Below, in pieces: positions 10,650 to 19,994 of a stretch of DNA of 64,000 bases (position 1 is its first letter; the number at the start of each line of letters is the position of its first letter). Source of the stretch: Vicinamibacteria bacterium. GTDB lineage: Bacteria; Acidobacteriota; Vicinamibacteria; Marinacidobacterales; Marinacidobacteraceae. Made by a program: the position numbers and the translations under genes. The DNA lies in contig OY821641.1 of the NCBI GenBank assembly GCA_963555995.3, positions 3,424,001-3,488,000 on the forward strand, in the 5' to 3' direction. Under the pieces are notes generated by a model that was given only the letters and a program-made list of their open reading frames with translations, had not been told where the DNA came from and made no database searches.

Positions 10650-11304
10650 GTCCGGAGCCGAACGGGCTGATGGTCCCGTTCGGGACGGGCGTCCACCCGG
10701 CGGGGCCGGCCGGCGGCGGATACCTCTCCGAGCAGAGGACGCTCGCGCCGCCGACGGTGGCGCGGCGCATCTGGAAGTAGTCGGGGTCCTCGTTGAAGCG
10801 GCTCGCCACGGTGACGCGGAACGAGGCATCGGTGACGACGACGTTCATGGCCCGCAGGTAGCGGGTGCGTTTCTCGATCAGCGGGAGGCCCCGTTCGAGG
10901 GCGCGGCGCAGGTCGCCGCGGTCGAACCGCTTCACGAAGTTGAAGACCTTTTCGGCCCCGATCCGGCCGCGTTCCCGGATTCGCACCCCGCGGAGTTCGC
11001 CGTTGAAGAGGAACATCCGCTCCCCGTCGAAGAAGGGCATGTTGTTCGCCACCCGGATCCCTTCGTTGCGGAAGGCGCTCCGGGCGTGCGCGAGCAGGAG
11101 GCGGGTGCGGCCCCGGGGCCGGTGGCGGTCTTCCCAGATCGGGGTGATGTTGCGGTAGATCCGCCAGCGGCCCGCTTCGAGCCAGGCGCAGCCCCAGCCG
11201 TGTCCCTGGAACTCGCGGCTGTTCCTCGCGACCTCGGTGAACGCCTCCAGGTGTTCTCCCAGGTCGAACGGTTCGTCGCCGCGGACGCAGAGCAGCCGGC
11301 ACAT
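10636..11304 (-). CDS. Class II glutamine amidotransferase / Ntn hydrolase (EgtC/YafJ/Dug3-like)
   Basis: N-terminal M-C-RLL (Cys1 nucleophile), GHGWG, LAHARSA, NNMPF, FNGEL; no synthase domain. Confidence 0.85.
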   Translation of the reverse strand: MCRLLCVRGDEPFDLGEHLEAFTEVARNSREFQGHGWGCAWLEAGRWRIYRNITPIWEDRHRPRGRTRLLLAHARSAFRNEGIRVANNMPFFDGERMFLFNGELRGVRIRERGRIGAEKVFNFVKRFDRGDLRRALERGLPLIEKRTRYLRAMNVVVTDASFRVTVASRFNEDPDYFQMRRATVGGASVLCSERYPPPAGPAGWTPVPNGTISPFGSGRDTA

Positions 11305-11335
11305 GGGGGGATTCTGTCGCTGCGGGGACCGGTCG

Positions 11336-12361
11336 TCAGATGGGATGGAGACCCGCGAACTCGAGTCCCAGCGTCTCCTCGAACCCGCACGCCAGGTTGA
11401 ACGCGTGGACCGCCTGCCCCGCGGCGCCCTTCATCAGGTTGTCGAGGGCGCTCATCGCCACCACCCGCTTCGTGTCCGGGTCCCGTTCGAACCCCACGTC
11501 GCAGGTGTTCGTGCCCGCGAGGATCCCGGGTTCGGGATAGCGGTGAATTCCGCTCCGGCCCTTCACGATCCGCACGAAGGGCTCCCCGGCGTAGGCGTCG
11601 CGGTAGATCCGCCACAGCTCCCGGTCGTCGAGGCCGCGGTCCGCGAAGACGTGACAGGTGGCAAGCACCCCGCGCACCATCTCGATCGAGGTGGCGGAGA
11701 AGTGGAGGTCCTCCACGCCGAGCGCTGCCGCGATCTCCCCCAGATGACGGTGCCCGGTGGGCCTGAACGCCCGGGCGGCGCCGCTGCGTTCCGGGTGATG
11801 GCTCGCCGCGGTCGCCTGGTTGCCGGCTTCGCTGGAGCCGACCAGCACCTCGATGACCGCCGATTGGACCACTCCCGCGTCGCACAGCGGCTTCATGGCG
11901 AGAATGGCGGCCGTCGCGTTACAGCCGGCGCAGGCCACCAGATCCGCGTCGCGGAGCGCCTCCCGGTTCAACTCCGGGATTCCGTAGACGAAGCGGCCCA
12001 GGAGGTCCGGGCAGGGGTGCGGCCCGCCGTACCAGCGCTCGTAGGCGGCGGGGTCCCGCAGCCGGAAGTCGGCGCCCAGGTCCACGATCCGCCCGGCGAC
12101 CCGGCGGAAGTCATCCATCCGGCGGGCCGACTCGCCGTGGGGAAGACAGACGAAGAGCGCGTCGCAGCCGGAGAGCTCGTCCAGCGGGCGGAAGCGGAGC
12201 CGGGTGGCGCCGCGCAGGTTCGGGTGCGCGCCGTGGGCGAACTTCCCGGCCAGGCGCTCGGAGGTGATCTCGGCCACCTCGACCTCCGGATGGCCGAGCA
12301 GCAGGCGCAGCAGTTCGCCGCCCGCGTAGCCGGAGGCGCCGGCGATGGAGGCCCGGATCAT
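11336..12361 (-). CDS. lysY: [LysW]-aminoadipyl/glutamyl-phosphate reductase (ArgC family)
   Basis: [39 protein letters not shown]. Confidence 0.92.
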   Translation of the reverse strand: MIRASIAGASGYAGGELLRLLLGHPEVEVAEITSERLAGKFAHGAHPNLRGATRLRFRPLDELSGCDALFVCLPHGESARRMDDFRRVAGRIVDLGADFRLRDPAAYERWYGGPHPCPDLLGRFVYGIPELNREALRDADLVACAGCNATAAILAMKPLCDAGVVQSAVIEVLVGSSEAGNQATAASHHPERSGAARAFRPTGHRHLGEIAAALGVEDLHFSATSIEMVRGVLATCHVFADRGLDDRELWRIYRDAYAGEPFVRIVKGRSGIHRYPEPGILAGTNTCDVGFERDPDTKRVVAMSALDNLMKGAAGQAVHAFNLACGFEETLGLEFAGLHPI

Positions 12362-13194
12362 GGGTCCGCGGAAAGGAGGTAGGACACGATCCGTCCCGGG
12401 ATGTCAACGCCGGTGACCCCGATGCTGTTGCGGAACTCCATCGTGTAGTTGACCTCGTTGACGAGCAGCCCGTCAGCGGTCTCGAAGAGGTCCACGGCGA
12501 GGACGCCGCCGCCCACCGCCTCCGCGGCCCGGAGCGACAGCTCGGCGAGGTCGGCGGTCACCGGGCGGTTGGAAGTCGTCGCTCCCCGCGCGGTGTTCGT
12601 GATCCAGTGGTCCGAGGTCCGATAGACGGCGGCGATGCACTCGTCCCCGACCACGAAGCTGCGGATGTCCCGGCCGCCCTTCTCCACGTACTTCTGGGCG
12701 AAGAAGATGGAGTGGTGGTAGCTGCCGAGGATCGCCTTGTGCTCCAGCACCGTCTCCGCCGCCTGCCGGTCGTTGATCCGGGAGAGCAGCCGCCCCCAGG
12801 AGCCGACCGCCGGCTTCAGCACCACCGGGTAGCCGAGTTCCTCGATGGCTTCGAGGCTGGAGTCTTCGGTGAACGCAACCCGGGTTTCCGGTTGCGGCAC
12901 TCCGAACTCCGAGAGTGCGACCGCGGTCAGGATTTTGTCGCCGCACTTCCGCGAGACCTCGTAGCGGTTGACGCACCGGATGCCCATGCTCTCGAAGAGC
13001 CGCAGGGCGTGCATCGCGCGGGAGTGGTTGATGGAACGCTCCAGGATGACGTCCACCGCGGGCGGAGTCCGCAGGTCGAACACCAGCTGCCGGTCGTCGA
13101 GGAGGACCAGCTCGACTCCGGGGCGCCTCCGCAACTCCCGGATGAGGAGCTTTTCTTCCGGACGGATCAGCGAATGAAGGAACCCGACCCTCAT
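12358..13194 (-). CDS. lysX: LysW ligase LysX (RimK/ATP-grasp family)
   Basis: [31 protein letters not shown]; ATG overlaps the lysW stop (ATGA). Confidence 0.92.
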   Translation of the reverse strand: MRVGFLHSLIRPEEKLLIRELRRRPGVELVLLDDRQLVFDLRTPPAVDVILERSINHSRAMHALRLFESMGIRCVNRYEVSRKCGDKILTAVALSEFGVPQPETRVAFTEDSSLEAIEELGYPVVLKPAVGSWGRLLSRINDRQAAETVLEHKAILGSYHHSIFFAQKYVEKGGRDIRSFVVGDECIAAVYRTSDHWITNTARGATTSNRPVTADLAELSLRAAEAVGGGVLAVDLFETADGLLVNEVNYTMEFRNSIGVTGVDIPGRIVSYLLSADP

Positions 13195-13355
13195 TCGCCC
13201 CAATCCTCTTCGGCGGCCGGAGCCTCACCCAGGGCGACCGGATCGAGCGCCAGGATCTCGAGTTCACTGCCGCATTCTGCGCACTCGAAGACTTCGCCCT
13301 CGACGGGGTCGTCGGAGATCTCGACGGCAGCGCCGCACAGCGGGCAATCGGTCAT
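13191..13355 (-). CDS. lysW: Amino-group carrier protein LysW (54 aa)
   Basis: Below the ORF-track cutoff; [54 protein letters not shown]: two CxxC and the C-terminal EDWGE signature. Confidence 0.97.
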   Translation of the reverse strand: MTDCPLCGAAVEISDDPVEGEVFECAECGSELEILALDPVALGEAPAAEEDWGE

Positions 13356-13410
13356 CGCTTCCCCCGGGGCTCCCCGAAACGGGGCGCAATGTACCCGATC
13401 CCCCGCCGGA

Positions 13411-13790
13411 TCAGACTCGCCGGGACTCCGCGCTCGACGGGGCGAGGGAGTTGGGGCCCACTTCGATCACGTCCCGGGACATCTGTCTCAACTCGGCCAG
13501 GAACCGGTCACGGTCAGGGCAGCGGCGCCAGCGAATGGTGTCGAAGCGCGCTGGAGGGAAGCCGCGGATCAAGTCCGCGAGATCGGACGTGGCCATCTGC
13601 GTGGCGAACCCGTCATCACGGTTCACGAACAGGTCCGGGATGTCCGAGTGGCGGTCCCGAAGGTGGCGCCTTTGGAGGGCGGTGGCCAGCGGTCAGACAG
13701 AAAGGTGTCCTGGAGGCGGCGGACGTACTCGGAATTCCAATCCAAAGGCGGCACAGGATCGTCTCGTAGCAGTACTGCGGACTCGGGCAT
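13411..13790 (-). pseudogene. Decayed AbiEii/AbiGii-type nucleotidyltransferase toxin
   Basis: Fragments in three frames: ..YETIL..RTPFCLT / ATALQRRHLRDRHSDIPDLFVNRD (GGTAL..HRxSxDxD-like) joined directly to a C-terminal segment; two frameshifts plus an apparent internal deletion. Confidence 0.6.
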
Positions 13791-14046
13791 AGCTTTCCCT
13801 CAGGCCGGGCGGCCAGAGCATTGCGATGACTTCGGGGGTGAGGAGCCGCTTGACTTCTTCGATACCGAGCGCGGTGACCGTCCGGTGCCAGGGCAGCCGC
13901 GTCAGCATCCGGACGAAGAGCCGCTGCTTGTCGAATTGGCCAACCCGTTCCCGCTCTCCGGAGAGCACCTCGGCGAGCTCCTCCGGGTCGTGCTTGTAGT
14001 GCCACACGATCGTCTTCGCGATCCGGACGAGTTCGGGATCGGCCAT
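13660..14046 (-). pseudogene. Putative partner antitoxin of the AbiEii-like toxin, frameshifted near 13775
   Basis: MADPEL..IVWHYKHDPEELAEVLSG..RLFVRML..; its plausible C-terminus (LLRDDPVPPLDWNSEYVRRLQDTFLSDRW) continues in a shifted frame overlapping the toxin start. Left coordinate approximate. Confidence 0.5.
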
Positions 14047-14083
14047 GGAGCGAGTGTAGCCGCCGCGTCGGGCGGCAGTTGGC

Positions 14084-14743
14084 TCAGCCGCCGCGCAGGA
14101 TCCGGCAGGCGCGGGTGGTGTTGAAGATCCCGCAGGAGCAGAAACGCGCCATCGCCTCGGCGCAGTCCTCCGGAGATCGCCGTCCGGTCCGCACCCAGTC
14201 GAGCATCTTGCGGGCGAACCCGAACGAGAGCATCCCGTGCCCGCACATCGTGGAGAGCTGGAGCGTCGCCCGGTCCGGGAGCCGGTCCAGGTTCCCGAAG
14301 AAGCCCAGGCTGTACTCGACGCTGTGCCGCACGATGCCGGCCTGGCGCGCGAGCTCGGCGGCCCGCTCGGTCAGCCCGCTGATATTGATGCTGATCCCGA
14401 GGTCGGCATGCTTCAGATCGCCGAGGAACGCGACCAGCGCCGCTTCGGTGTCGAAGACCGCGGAGACGACCGTGGGGGCGTCCACCCCCGTCCGGATCGA
14501 GTCGGCCGCGAGCCGCTTGCGCCGCCTCCAGTGCGCCAGGGGATTCAGCCGGGAGGAGCGGAAGATCCCGCCCTTGGTGGCGTCGCCCAGGTTGATCGGC
14601 CCGTGCCGCAGCGCGATCTCGGTGAACCGGCGCAGCTTCTCGGGGGAACCCTCGTCGTTGATACCCCGCGCCGCCATCGCGAAGACGATGTAGTCGTCCT
14701 TCAGCGTCTCCGGAGCCCCGTAGCGGTGGAGGGTGTTCGTCAT
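14084..14743 (-). CDS. Conserved hypothetical protein with Cys/His motifs (possible metal or Fe-S binding)
   Basis: MTNTLHRYG start at ATG 14743; STMCGHG and FCSCGIFN motifs; typical codon bias. Confidence 0.7.
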   Translation of the reverse strand: MTNTLHRYGAPETLKDDYIVFAMAARGINDEGSPEKLRRFTEIALRHGPINLGDATKGGIFRSSRLNPLAHWRRRKRLAADSIRTGVDAPTVVSAVFDTEAALVAFLGDLKHADLGISINISGLTERAAELARQAGIVRHSVEYSLGFFGNLDRLPDRATLQLSTMCGHGMLSFGFARKMLDWVRTGRRSPEDCAEAMARFCSCGIFNTTRACRILRGG

Positions 14744-15021
14744 GCGAGGCGGGAAGCATACGGGCGCGGGCCGCCGAAGGTAGGGCGCCGGTCCGTAGAA
14801 TCGGCGCCATGGCAACGCTGACCCGCGGGGAGAGCCTTTGGACTGCCTGCCCCGCAGCGCATTCATCCGACGGGCGCGGACCATCGGTAGTCTCGGCGGC
14901 AAACGGTTGGCCTGCTCACCGGCCGCCGTCGGGAGGAGGGCGCTGGCGGCTTCTGCTCAGTGCGGACGGGGAAACCGCCCGGACCGCGGCGAGTCACGTT
15001 GCGTCCGGGGACAACGGGCGC

Positions 15022-16239
15022 GTGACGCCGGCGCCCGCGATGGAAGACCTTCCGCTCCGCCTGCACGAACTGGACCCGGTTCCGGACGGCGCCGGGGCCG
15101 TCCTGCTCGCCGACTTCCATCGCGCCTTTCCCTGCCGGGACCCGATTCGGCGGCGGGGCAGGCTCGAGGAAACACCGCCCCTGCCGGCGCTCGCCACACC
15201 GGGTTACGTACTCGCACGCCTCAGCCGGCTCGGGGCCGGAAGCCGTTCGCTCATTGCTTCGGCGGAGGAGGGTGAGCTGGTGCGGCGCGCCGCCGACCTG
15301 CTCGCCGGCCGCGGGGCGGCCTGCCAGTTCGAGGTCGCCCGGGAACCGGCGCCGCCCGCGTCTCCGGCCGCAGTCACCGGACCGGGAGAGCCCGAGTTGG
15401 AGAATACCGGAAGCGCGGCGGAACTCAGGCGCATCGCGCTCCACGCACCGGCGGGGAGCGTGCGCACCCGGGCGGCGGCGGCGGCCACGGATGCCGACCC
15501 GGACGATCCCGTCGGCCATCTTCTGGCCGGCTGTGCAGCGAACGAGCGGAAACAGCCAGCGGAGGCCGCCGAGGCTTTCCGCAGCGCCATCGCGCGGGAT
15601 GACTCACTGGCCGCGGCCCACTTCGAACTCGGCAAGACGATGATCATCCTTGACGACCTGGAGGCGGCCCTCGACTCGTTCCGCCGGACGACCGAGACCC
15701 TCCCGGAGTTCGCTCCCGGATGGGCGAACGCCGGAGCGGCGCTCGGCGAACTGGAGCGGCCGGACGAGGCGCTGGCCCCGCTCGAACGGGCCAGCGATCT
15801 GGACCCCCTCAGCCATTCCCTCGCCTCCAACCTCGGCGTCACCCTCCGGGACCTGGGCCGCCTCGAAGAGGCCGAAGCCGCCTTCCGGCGGGCGCTCGAC
15901 CTGGCGCCCGACTTCGTGTTCGGGCACTACAACCTGGCGAACGCGGTCTATCTGCAGGGCCGCCACCGGGAGGCGGTAGGGCTGTTCGAGAAGGCGCGGG
16001 CGATGGACCCCTCGGGCTCCGACCGGCAACGGCTGCTGCTGGCCGCTGCCCGACTGGCCGCGGGAGACACGGACGGATCGCTCCGGGACTACCGCGCTGT
16101 CTTTGAGTCCCTGGAAGGCCAGATGCGCCTCGATATGCGGACCGTCGCCCAGTGGGATCTCCGGAGGCTCGCGGAGCGCACCGGGATCAGCCCCGGACTC
16201 CGGCGCGCCGCCGAGTTCGTGCGGTCCGTCCGGGCCTGA
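15022..16239 (+). CDS. Tetratricopeptide repeat protein
   Basis: Several TPR units (AHFELGK, GWANAGAAL, LASNLGVTL, GHYNLANAV); start uncertain (15022 or 15040). Confidence 0.85.
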   Translation: MTPAPAMEDLPLRLHELDPVPDGAGAVLLADFHRAFPCRDPIRRRGRLEETPPLPALATPGYVLARLSRLGAGSRSLIASAEEGELVRRAADLLAGRGAACQFEVAREPAPPASPAAVTGPGEPELENTGSAAELRRIALHAPAGSVRTRAAAAATDADPDDPVGHLLAGCAANERKQPAEAAEAFRSAIARDDSLAAAHFELGKTMIILDDLEAALDSFRRTTETLPEFAPGWANAGAALGELERPDEALAPLERASDLDPLSHSLASNLGVTLRDLGRLEEAEAAFRRALDLAPDFVFGHYNLANAVYLQGRHREAVGLFEKARAMDPSGSDRQRLLLAAARLAAGDTDGSLRDYRAVFESLEGQMRLDMRTVAQWDLRRLAERTGISPGLRRAAEFVRSVRA

Positions 16240-16622
16240 CCTCTGCGGGAAGCGGCGTCATGGACGCGGATTTGCTGTGAATATGCAGTCGGGAGCGCCG
16301 GTCTTCAGACCGGCATCGCCCGCGCAGCGGGCGAAACTCCCGGTGTTACGTGGCCGCATGGCGCTGCACCTATCCGCGTGGCGTTGCACCATACGGCGTG
16401 TCGTTCCGCCATCCGGCAAATCAGCGATGGGAGTTTCGCTCCCCGCTGGGGAGCGATGCCGGTCTGAAGACCGGCGCTCCCGCCGTTTCCACCGTTTTCA
16501 TCCCCGGCGGGTGAGCAGGAGGACACGCGCATGACCGTTTCGCGCTTCCGCGCGATGCCGGTCTGGAGACCGGCGCTCCCAGCCGGCGCGCCGCCGAGTT
16601 CGTGCGGTCGGTCCGGGCCTGA
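16200..16622. repeat. REP/REPIN-like palindrome cluster bracketed by a 40-bp direct repeat
   Basis: GGGAGCGCCGGTCTTCAGACCGGCATCGC at 16291 with inverted copies at 16453 and 16552; direct repeat 16200-16239 vs 16583-16622 (1 mismatch). Confidence 0.85.
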
Positions 16623-16639
16623 AATTCCCCGAATTCCAT

Positions 16640-16669
16640 TTGACTTGGACCCCCCTTCGGCCATATAAG
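16640..16669 (+). promoter_or_regulatory. Putative sigma70 promoter of the exported-protein operon
   Basis: TTGACT-N18-TATAAG ending 66 bp before ATG 16736. Confidence 0.45.
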
Positions 16670-16735
16670 GGCTAGTCCCGCTACGCGGTTTGTCCGGCGT
16701 GGCGGTCATCCCCCGGCGAACGGAGAAATCCCCTT

Positions 16736-18211
16736 ATGCCCAGCCAATTCAGTAACGCCAAACACTTGGCGGTCGGCCTGCTTGCGGCCGGCGTCGCGCT
16801 CTTCCTTCTCGGGGGTTTCGCGGCGGCGCAGGAACAGGAGGCGGAGCCCAAGCCTCCTGAGGGCCAGACGCATCCGCTCCTCGAGCCGCACGACGTGCTC
16901 AACGAGTTCGGGGTGATCAGCTCCAGCGGACACGACGACGGCGGCTGGGGGCTCGAGCCCGAGCTGCGGGTGCCCGAGCAGTACCAGTACCGGCGCCGGG
17001 ACCAGCAACTGAAGGAAGTGGACCTCACGGGGAACCAGCTTCCGCCGATCCTCACCGAGATGCGGGTGCTCAGCAAGGAAGTGGCGCCCGGCGACGAGGT
17101 CCGCGCCATCGCGCGGGTCGTCTCGCCCTACAACGAGGCCCAGTCGTTCGTCTCCCTCTTCTACAACCGGGAACTCGGCCGCGCGGCCACCATGTACATC
17201 AACTTCCAGCCCCACGAGAGTGACGACACTCTCTTCCTCGGCCGCGGGAAGCTGTCCCGCTTCGCGGCGCCGGGGCGCTACGTGGTGGGGACCACGATCA
17301 TCGCCGACAAGGTCGGCGACCGGAAGGCGTACTGGGCCGATTTTCACAAGGCGATGCAGGAGGAGGACGGCTCGCCGGTCGGCTTCCAAGTCACCGAGAG
17401 CGACAGCGTGGACATCACCGCGCCAACCCTCAAGTCCGTCAGCGTGGAGACCGAGCGCGTGCGGGCCGGCGGCGGCCTGATCAAGTACAGCGTGGTCGCC
17501 GAGGACGATGTGTCCGGCGCCACCGAGGCGGAGACGATCTGGGTGTCGCCGAGCGGCTACCACCAGATCCGCTCGACCATGGTGATGGTGGGCGGCCAGC
17601 CGGGCCTCTTCAAGGGCGTGCTCCAGATTCCGCAGTGGTACGAGGGCGGCGAGTGGCAGCTCATGCGCATCACGCTCAAGGACAACGCCACCAACATCCG
17701 CTACTACTTCAACCGGACCGAGCCGATGATGGAGGCCGCGACGGTCCAGGTGGACCAGGAAAAGGAAATGGTGGACCAGGTTCCGGCGAAGATCCTGGCG
17801 GCGCAGTTCACCAAGAAGCAGGCGAAGCTGGGCGAACGGGTGGGGCTGACCGTCCTCGCCGAGGACAACCTCTCGGGCGTCTTCAGCATCGAGGGCTACG
17901 TCCGGTCGCCGAACGGCGCCGACGCGCTCAAGGTCAAGCTCAAGAGCATGACCCCCGAGGCCGGCGAGTTCGTGGACGTGAACCGTCCGTCCAAGCTGCC
18001 GGAGCCCAACATCTGGACCGGGAACTTCACGGTGACGGACACCATGGAGTGGGGCGAGTGGGAACTCGTCCGGCTCGGCGTCTCCGACGAAGCCAGGAAC
18101 TTCTACACCTACTACGAGGATCGGGATGCCGAGATAGACGGAATCACGGTCAACTTCTACAATGAAGACACCGAGACCGCCGAAGAAGGCGGCAAGGAGG
18201 GTGCGCGATGA
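16736..18211 (+). CDS. Secreted acidic protein with repeated beta-rich (Ig-like) domains
   Basis: Sec signal ending AAA-QE; internal repeats DITAPTLKSV..AEDDVSG..GEWQL..D.ATN and DQVPAKIL..AEDNLSG..GEWEL..DEARN. Confidence 0.7.
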   Translation: MPSQFSNAKHLAVGLLAAGVALFLLGGFAAAQEQEAEPKPPEGQTHPLLEPHDVLNEFGVISSSGHDDGGWGLEPELRVPEQYQYRRRDQQLKEVDLTGNQLPPILTEMRVLSKEVAPGDEVRAIARVVSPYNEAQSFVSLFYNRELGRAATMYINFQPHESDDTLFLGRGKLSRFAAPGRYVVGTTIIADKVGDRKAYWADFHKAMQEEDGSPVGFQVTESDSVDITAPTLKSVSVETERVRAGGGLIKYSVVAEDDVSGATEAETIWVSPSGYHQIRSTMVMVGGQPGLFKGVLQIPQWYEGGEWQLMRITLKDNATNIRYYFNRTEPMMEAATVQVDQEKEMVDQVPAKILAAQFTKKQAKLGERVGLTVLAEDNLSGVFSIEGYVRSPNGADALKVKLKSMTPEAGEFVDVNRPSKLPEPNIWTGNFTVTDTMEWGEWELVRLGVSDEARNFYTYYEDRDAEIDGITVNFYNEDTETAEEGGKEGAR

Positions 18212-19560
18212 CGGCCAAGACCCATAGCAGAACGCTGGACCGCCGCGATTTCTTCAAACTCGGCGCGGCCGCCAGCGCCGGCGCCGTGCTTTCCACGCGG
18301 AACGCCGCCGGCAGCCCCATCTTCGAGGCGGGGGCCGGGATCCCGCAGGGAGGCATGGTCCTTCCGGCGAACCCCGGCTTCAAGACGAAGCACCTGGTGA
18401 CGGTCATCCTGGGCAACGGCGCCCGGAAGATCGATGTCATTGACAACCCGGAGCACTCGCCCTTCCAGACGAAGATGGCCGCCGAGGGCACCGTCTTCAC
18501 CGAGGACTACGGTGAGACCGCGAACCTCCACGGCTACATGTACTCCGAGGTGCTCAGCGGCGTGGACGCTCCCGCGCAGCGGCCCCGCTACCCCACCTGG
18601 TCCGAGTACATCCGGAAGAAGGCCGGCGGGACCGCGACCGATTACTGGACCCTCCAGGGCGCGTCCTACTACCGGGCCTGGACCTGGGATGTGAAGCACT
18701 TCAGCCAGCATCCCGAGTACGGCGTGAAGCACGGCTCCACGAGTCTCACGATGAACCGGATCTTCTATCCGGAGCAGAAGCTCACCGGCGCGCAGCTCGT
18801 GGATCTGAACGTGGAGAAGGGGCTCGGGCACACGGCCAAGGAGCGGAAGCAGGTCGAGGAGTTCGTTGACTCCGTCCTGGCGTCGAAGTCCTACGTTCCG
18901 CCGTCCACCCGGGAGCCGGTCATCAACCGGGAGATCCCCTACGGCGACGCCCAGGTGCTGACCCTGGTGCCGCAGATCCTCAAGGAGTTCAAGCCGAAGT
19001 CCATCACCGCGCAGATCCTCGCCCTCGACGACGCGCACGCCGACTTCGGGTTCTGGGACTACAACACGGACTACTGGGAGTACATCAAGCACATCAAGAC
19101 CACCGATGAGCTGATCGGCAACCTGTGGCGCCAGATCCAGGCCGACGCGTACCTCCGGGACACCACCGCGCTGGTGATCCGTCCCGAGTGCGGACGCGAC
19201 GACGAAGTGAACATCTACGGACAGCTCGGGCACAGCCCGGGCAACTACTACGCCCACTACGTGTGGTTCATGGCGCTCGGGCCCGACTTCAAGAAGGGCC
19301 ACACCGTGACCGAGCGGGTGCAGCGGCGGGACGTCGTTCCGACGCTGACCTACCTCATGTCCGGTGAGAACGCCGAGTTCGCCACCGGGCACGTCCGGAC
19401 CCAGATGTTCAAGGACGAGTACAACCTGCCGAAGTACATCCTCCCGCCGACGGCCGAGGTCAAGGAGCCCGCGGTCGACTGGGAGAAGATCGTGGAAGAG
19501 CGCCGGACGGCCGAGAAGGTCAAGGAGTTCGCGCGTTCGACCGTCGGCTACGGCGACTGA
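18208..19560 (+). CDS. Tat-exported protein, probable alkaline phosphatase/sulfatase superfamily (DUF1501-like)
   Basis: DRRDFFK Tat motif; HLVTVILGNGAR, DDAH, DELIGNLW, TALVIRPECGRD, ALGPDF, RDVVPT; ATGA overlap with the upstream gene. Confidence 0.65.
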   Translation: MTAKTHSRTLDRRDFFKLGAAASAGAVLSTRNAAGSPIFEAGAGIPQGGMVLPANPGFKTKHLVTVILGNGARKIDVIDNPEHSPFQTKMAAEGTVFTEDYGETANLHGYMYSEVLSGVDAPAQRPRYPTWSEYIRKKAGGTATDYWTLQGASYYRAWTWDVKHFSQHPEYGVKHGSTSLTMNRIFYPEQKLTGAQLVDLNVEKGLGHTAKERKQVEEFVDSVLASKSYVPPSTREPVINREIPYGDAQVLTLVPQILKEFKPKSITAQILALDDAHADFGFWDYNTDYWEYIKHIKTTDELIGNLWRQIQADAYLRDTTALVIRPECGRDDEVNIYGQLGHSPGNYYAHYVWFMALGPDFKKGHTVTERVQRRDVVPTLTYLMSGENAEFATGHVRTQMFKDEYNLPKYILPPTAEVKEPAVDWEKIVEERRTAEKVKEFARSTVGYGD

Positions 19561-19606
19561 CCCGAGGACCGAATCCCAAGTCAAACCAACAAGGAGACCA
19601 ACGAAA

Positions 19607-19876
19607 ATGGACGACCTGAACCGCCGCGCATTCCTCAGGAGGGCCGGCTTCGCCTTCGCGGGCGTGGTGGGCGCCGCCTCGTTCGCGGCCGCCCAGCAGC
19701 AGGAAGAGGAGAAGAAGGAAGACGAGGAGACCCAGGAAGAGATTGACTACGACGCTCTCTTCGCCGAGGACGCCGGGGACGAGGACACCCGCGCCTGCCC
19801 GCAGTGCGGGGCTCTCATGTACCGCCAGGGCCGCACCTGGACCTGCGAGAACTGCGGCTACAGCTACGTCGAGTAG
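19607..19876 (+). CDS. Small Tat-signal protein with acidic tract and C-terminal zinc ribbon (89 aa)
   Basis: AAGGAG RBS; NRRAFLRR signal; E/D-rich linker; CPQC-x12-CENC. Confidence 0.75.
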   Translation: MDDLNRRAFLRRAGFAFAGVVGAASFAAAQQQEEEKKEDEETQEEIDYDALFAEDAGDEDTRACPQCGALMYRQGRTWTCENCGYSYVE

Positions 19877-19994
19877 TTCTTCCTGAACCGGCGCCGCCGG
19901 AGTTGCTCCTCCGGAGCCTCCGGCGGTCGGCCCACGAGCCCGTTGCCCACCGCGCGGCAGCGGGCTTTTTGCATGATCGGCGCGGCCGAACGGA

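Noticed and set aside
16291-16580. Possible CRISPR array
   Set aside because: Repeats are in mixed orientation with irregular spacing and no cas genes; they fit REP elements.
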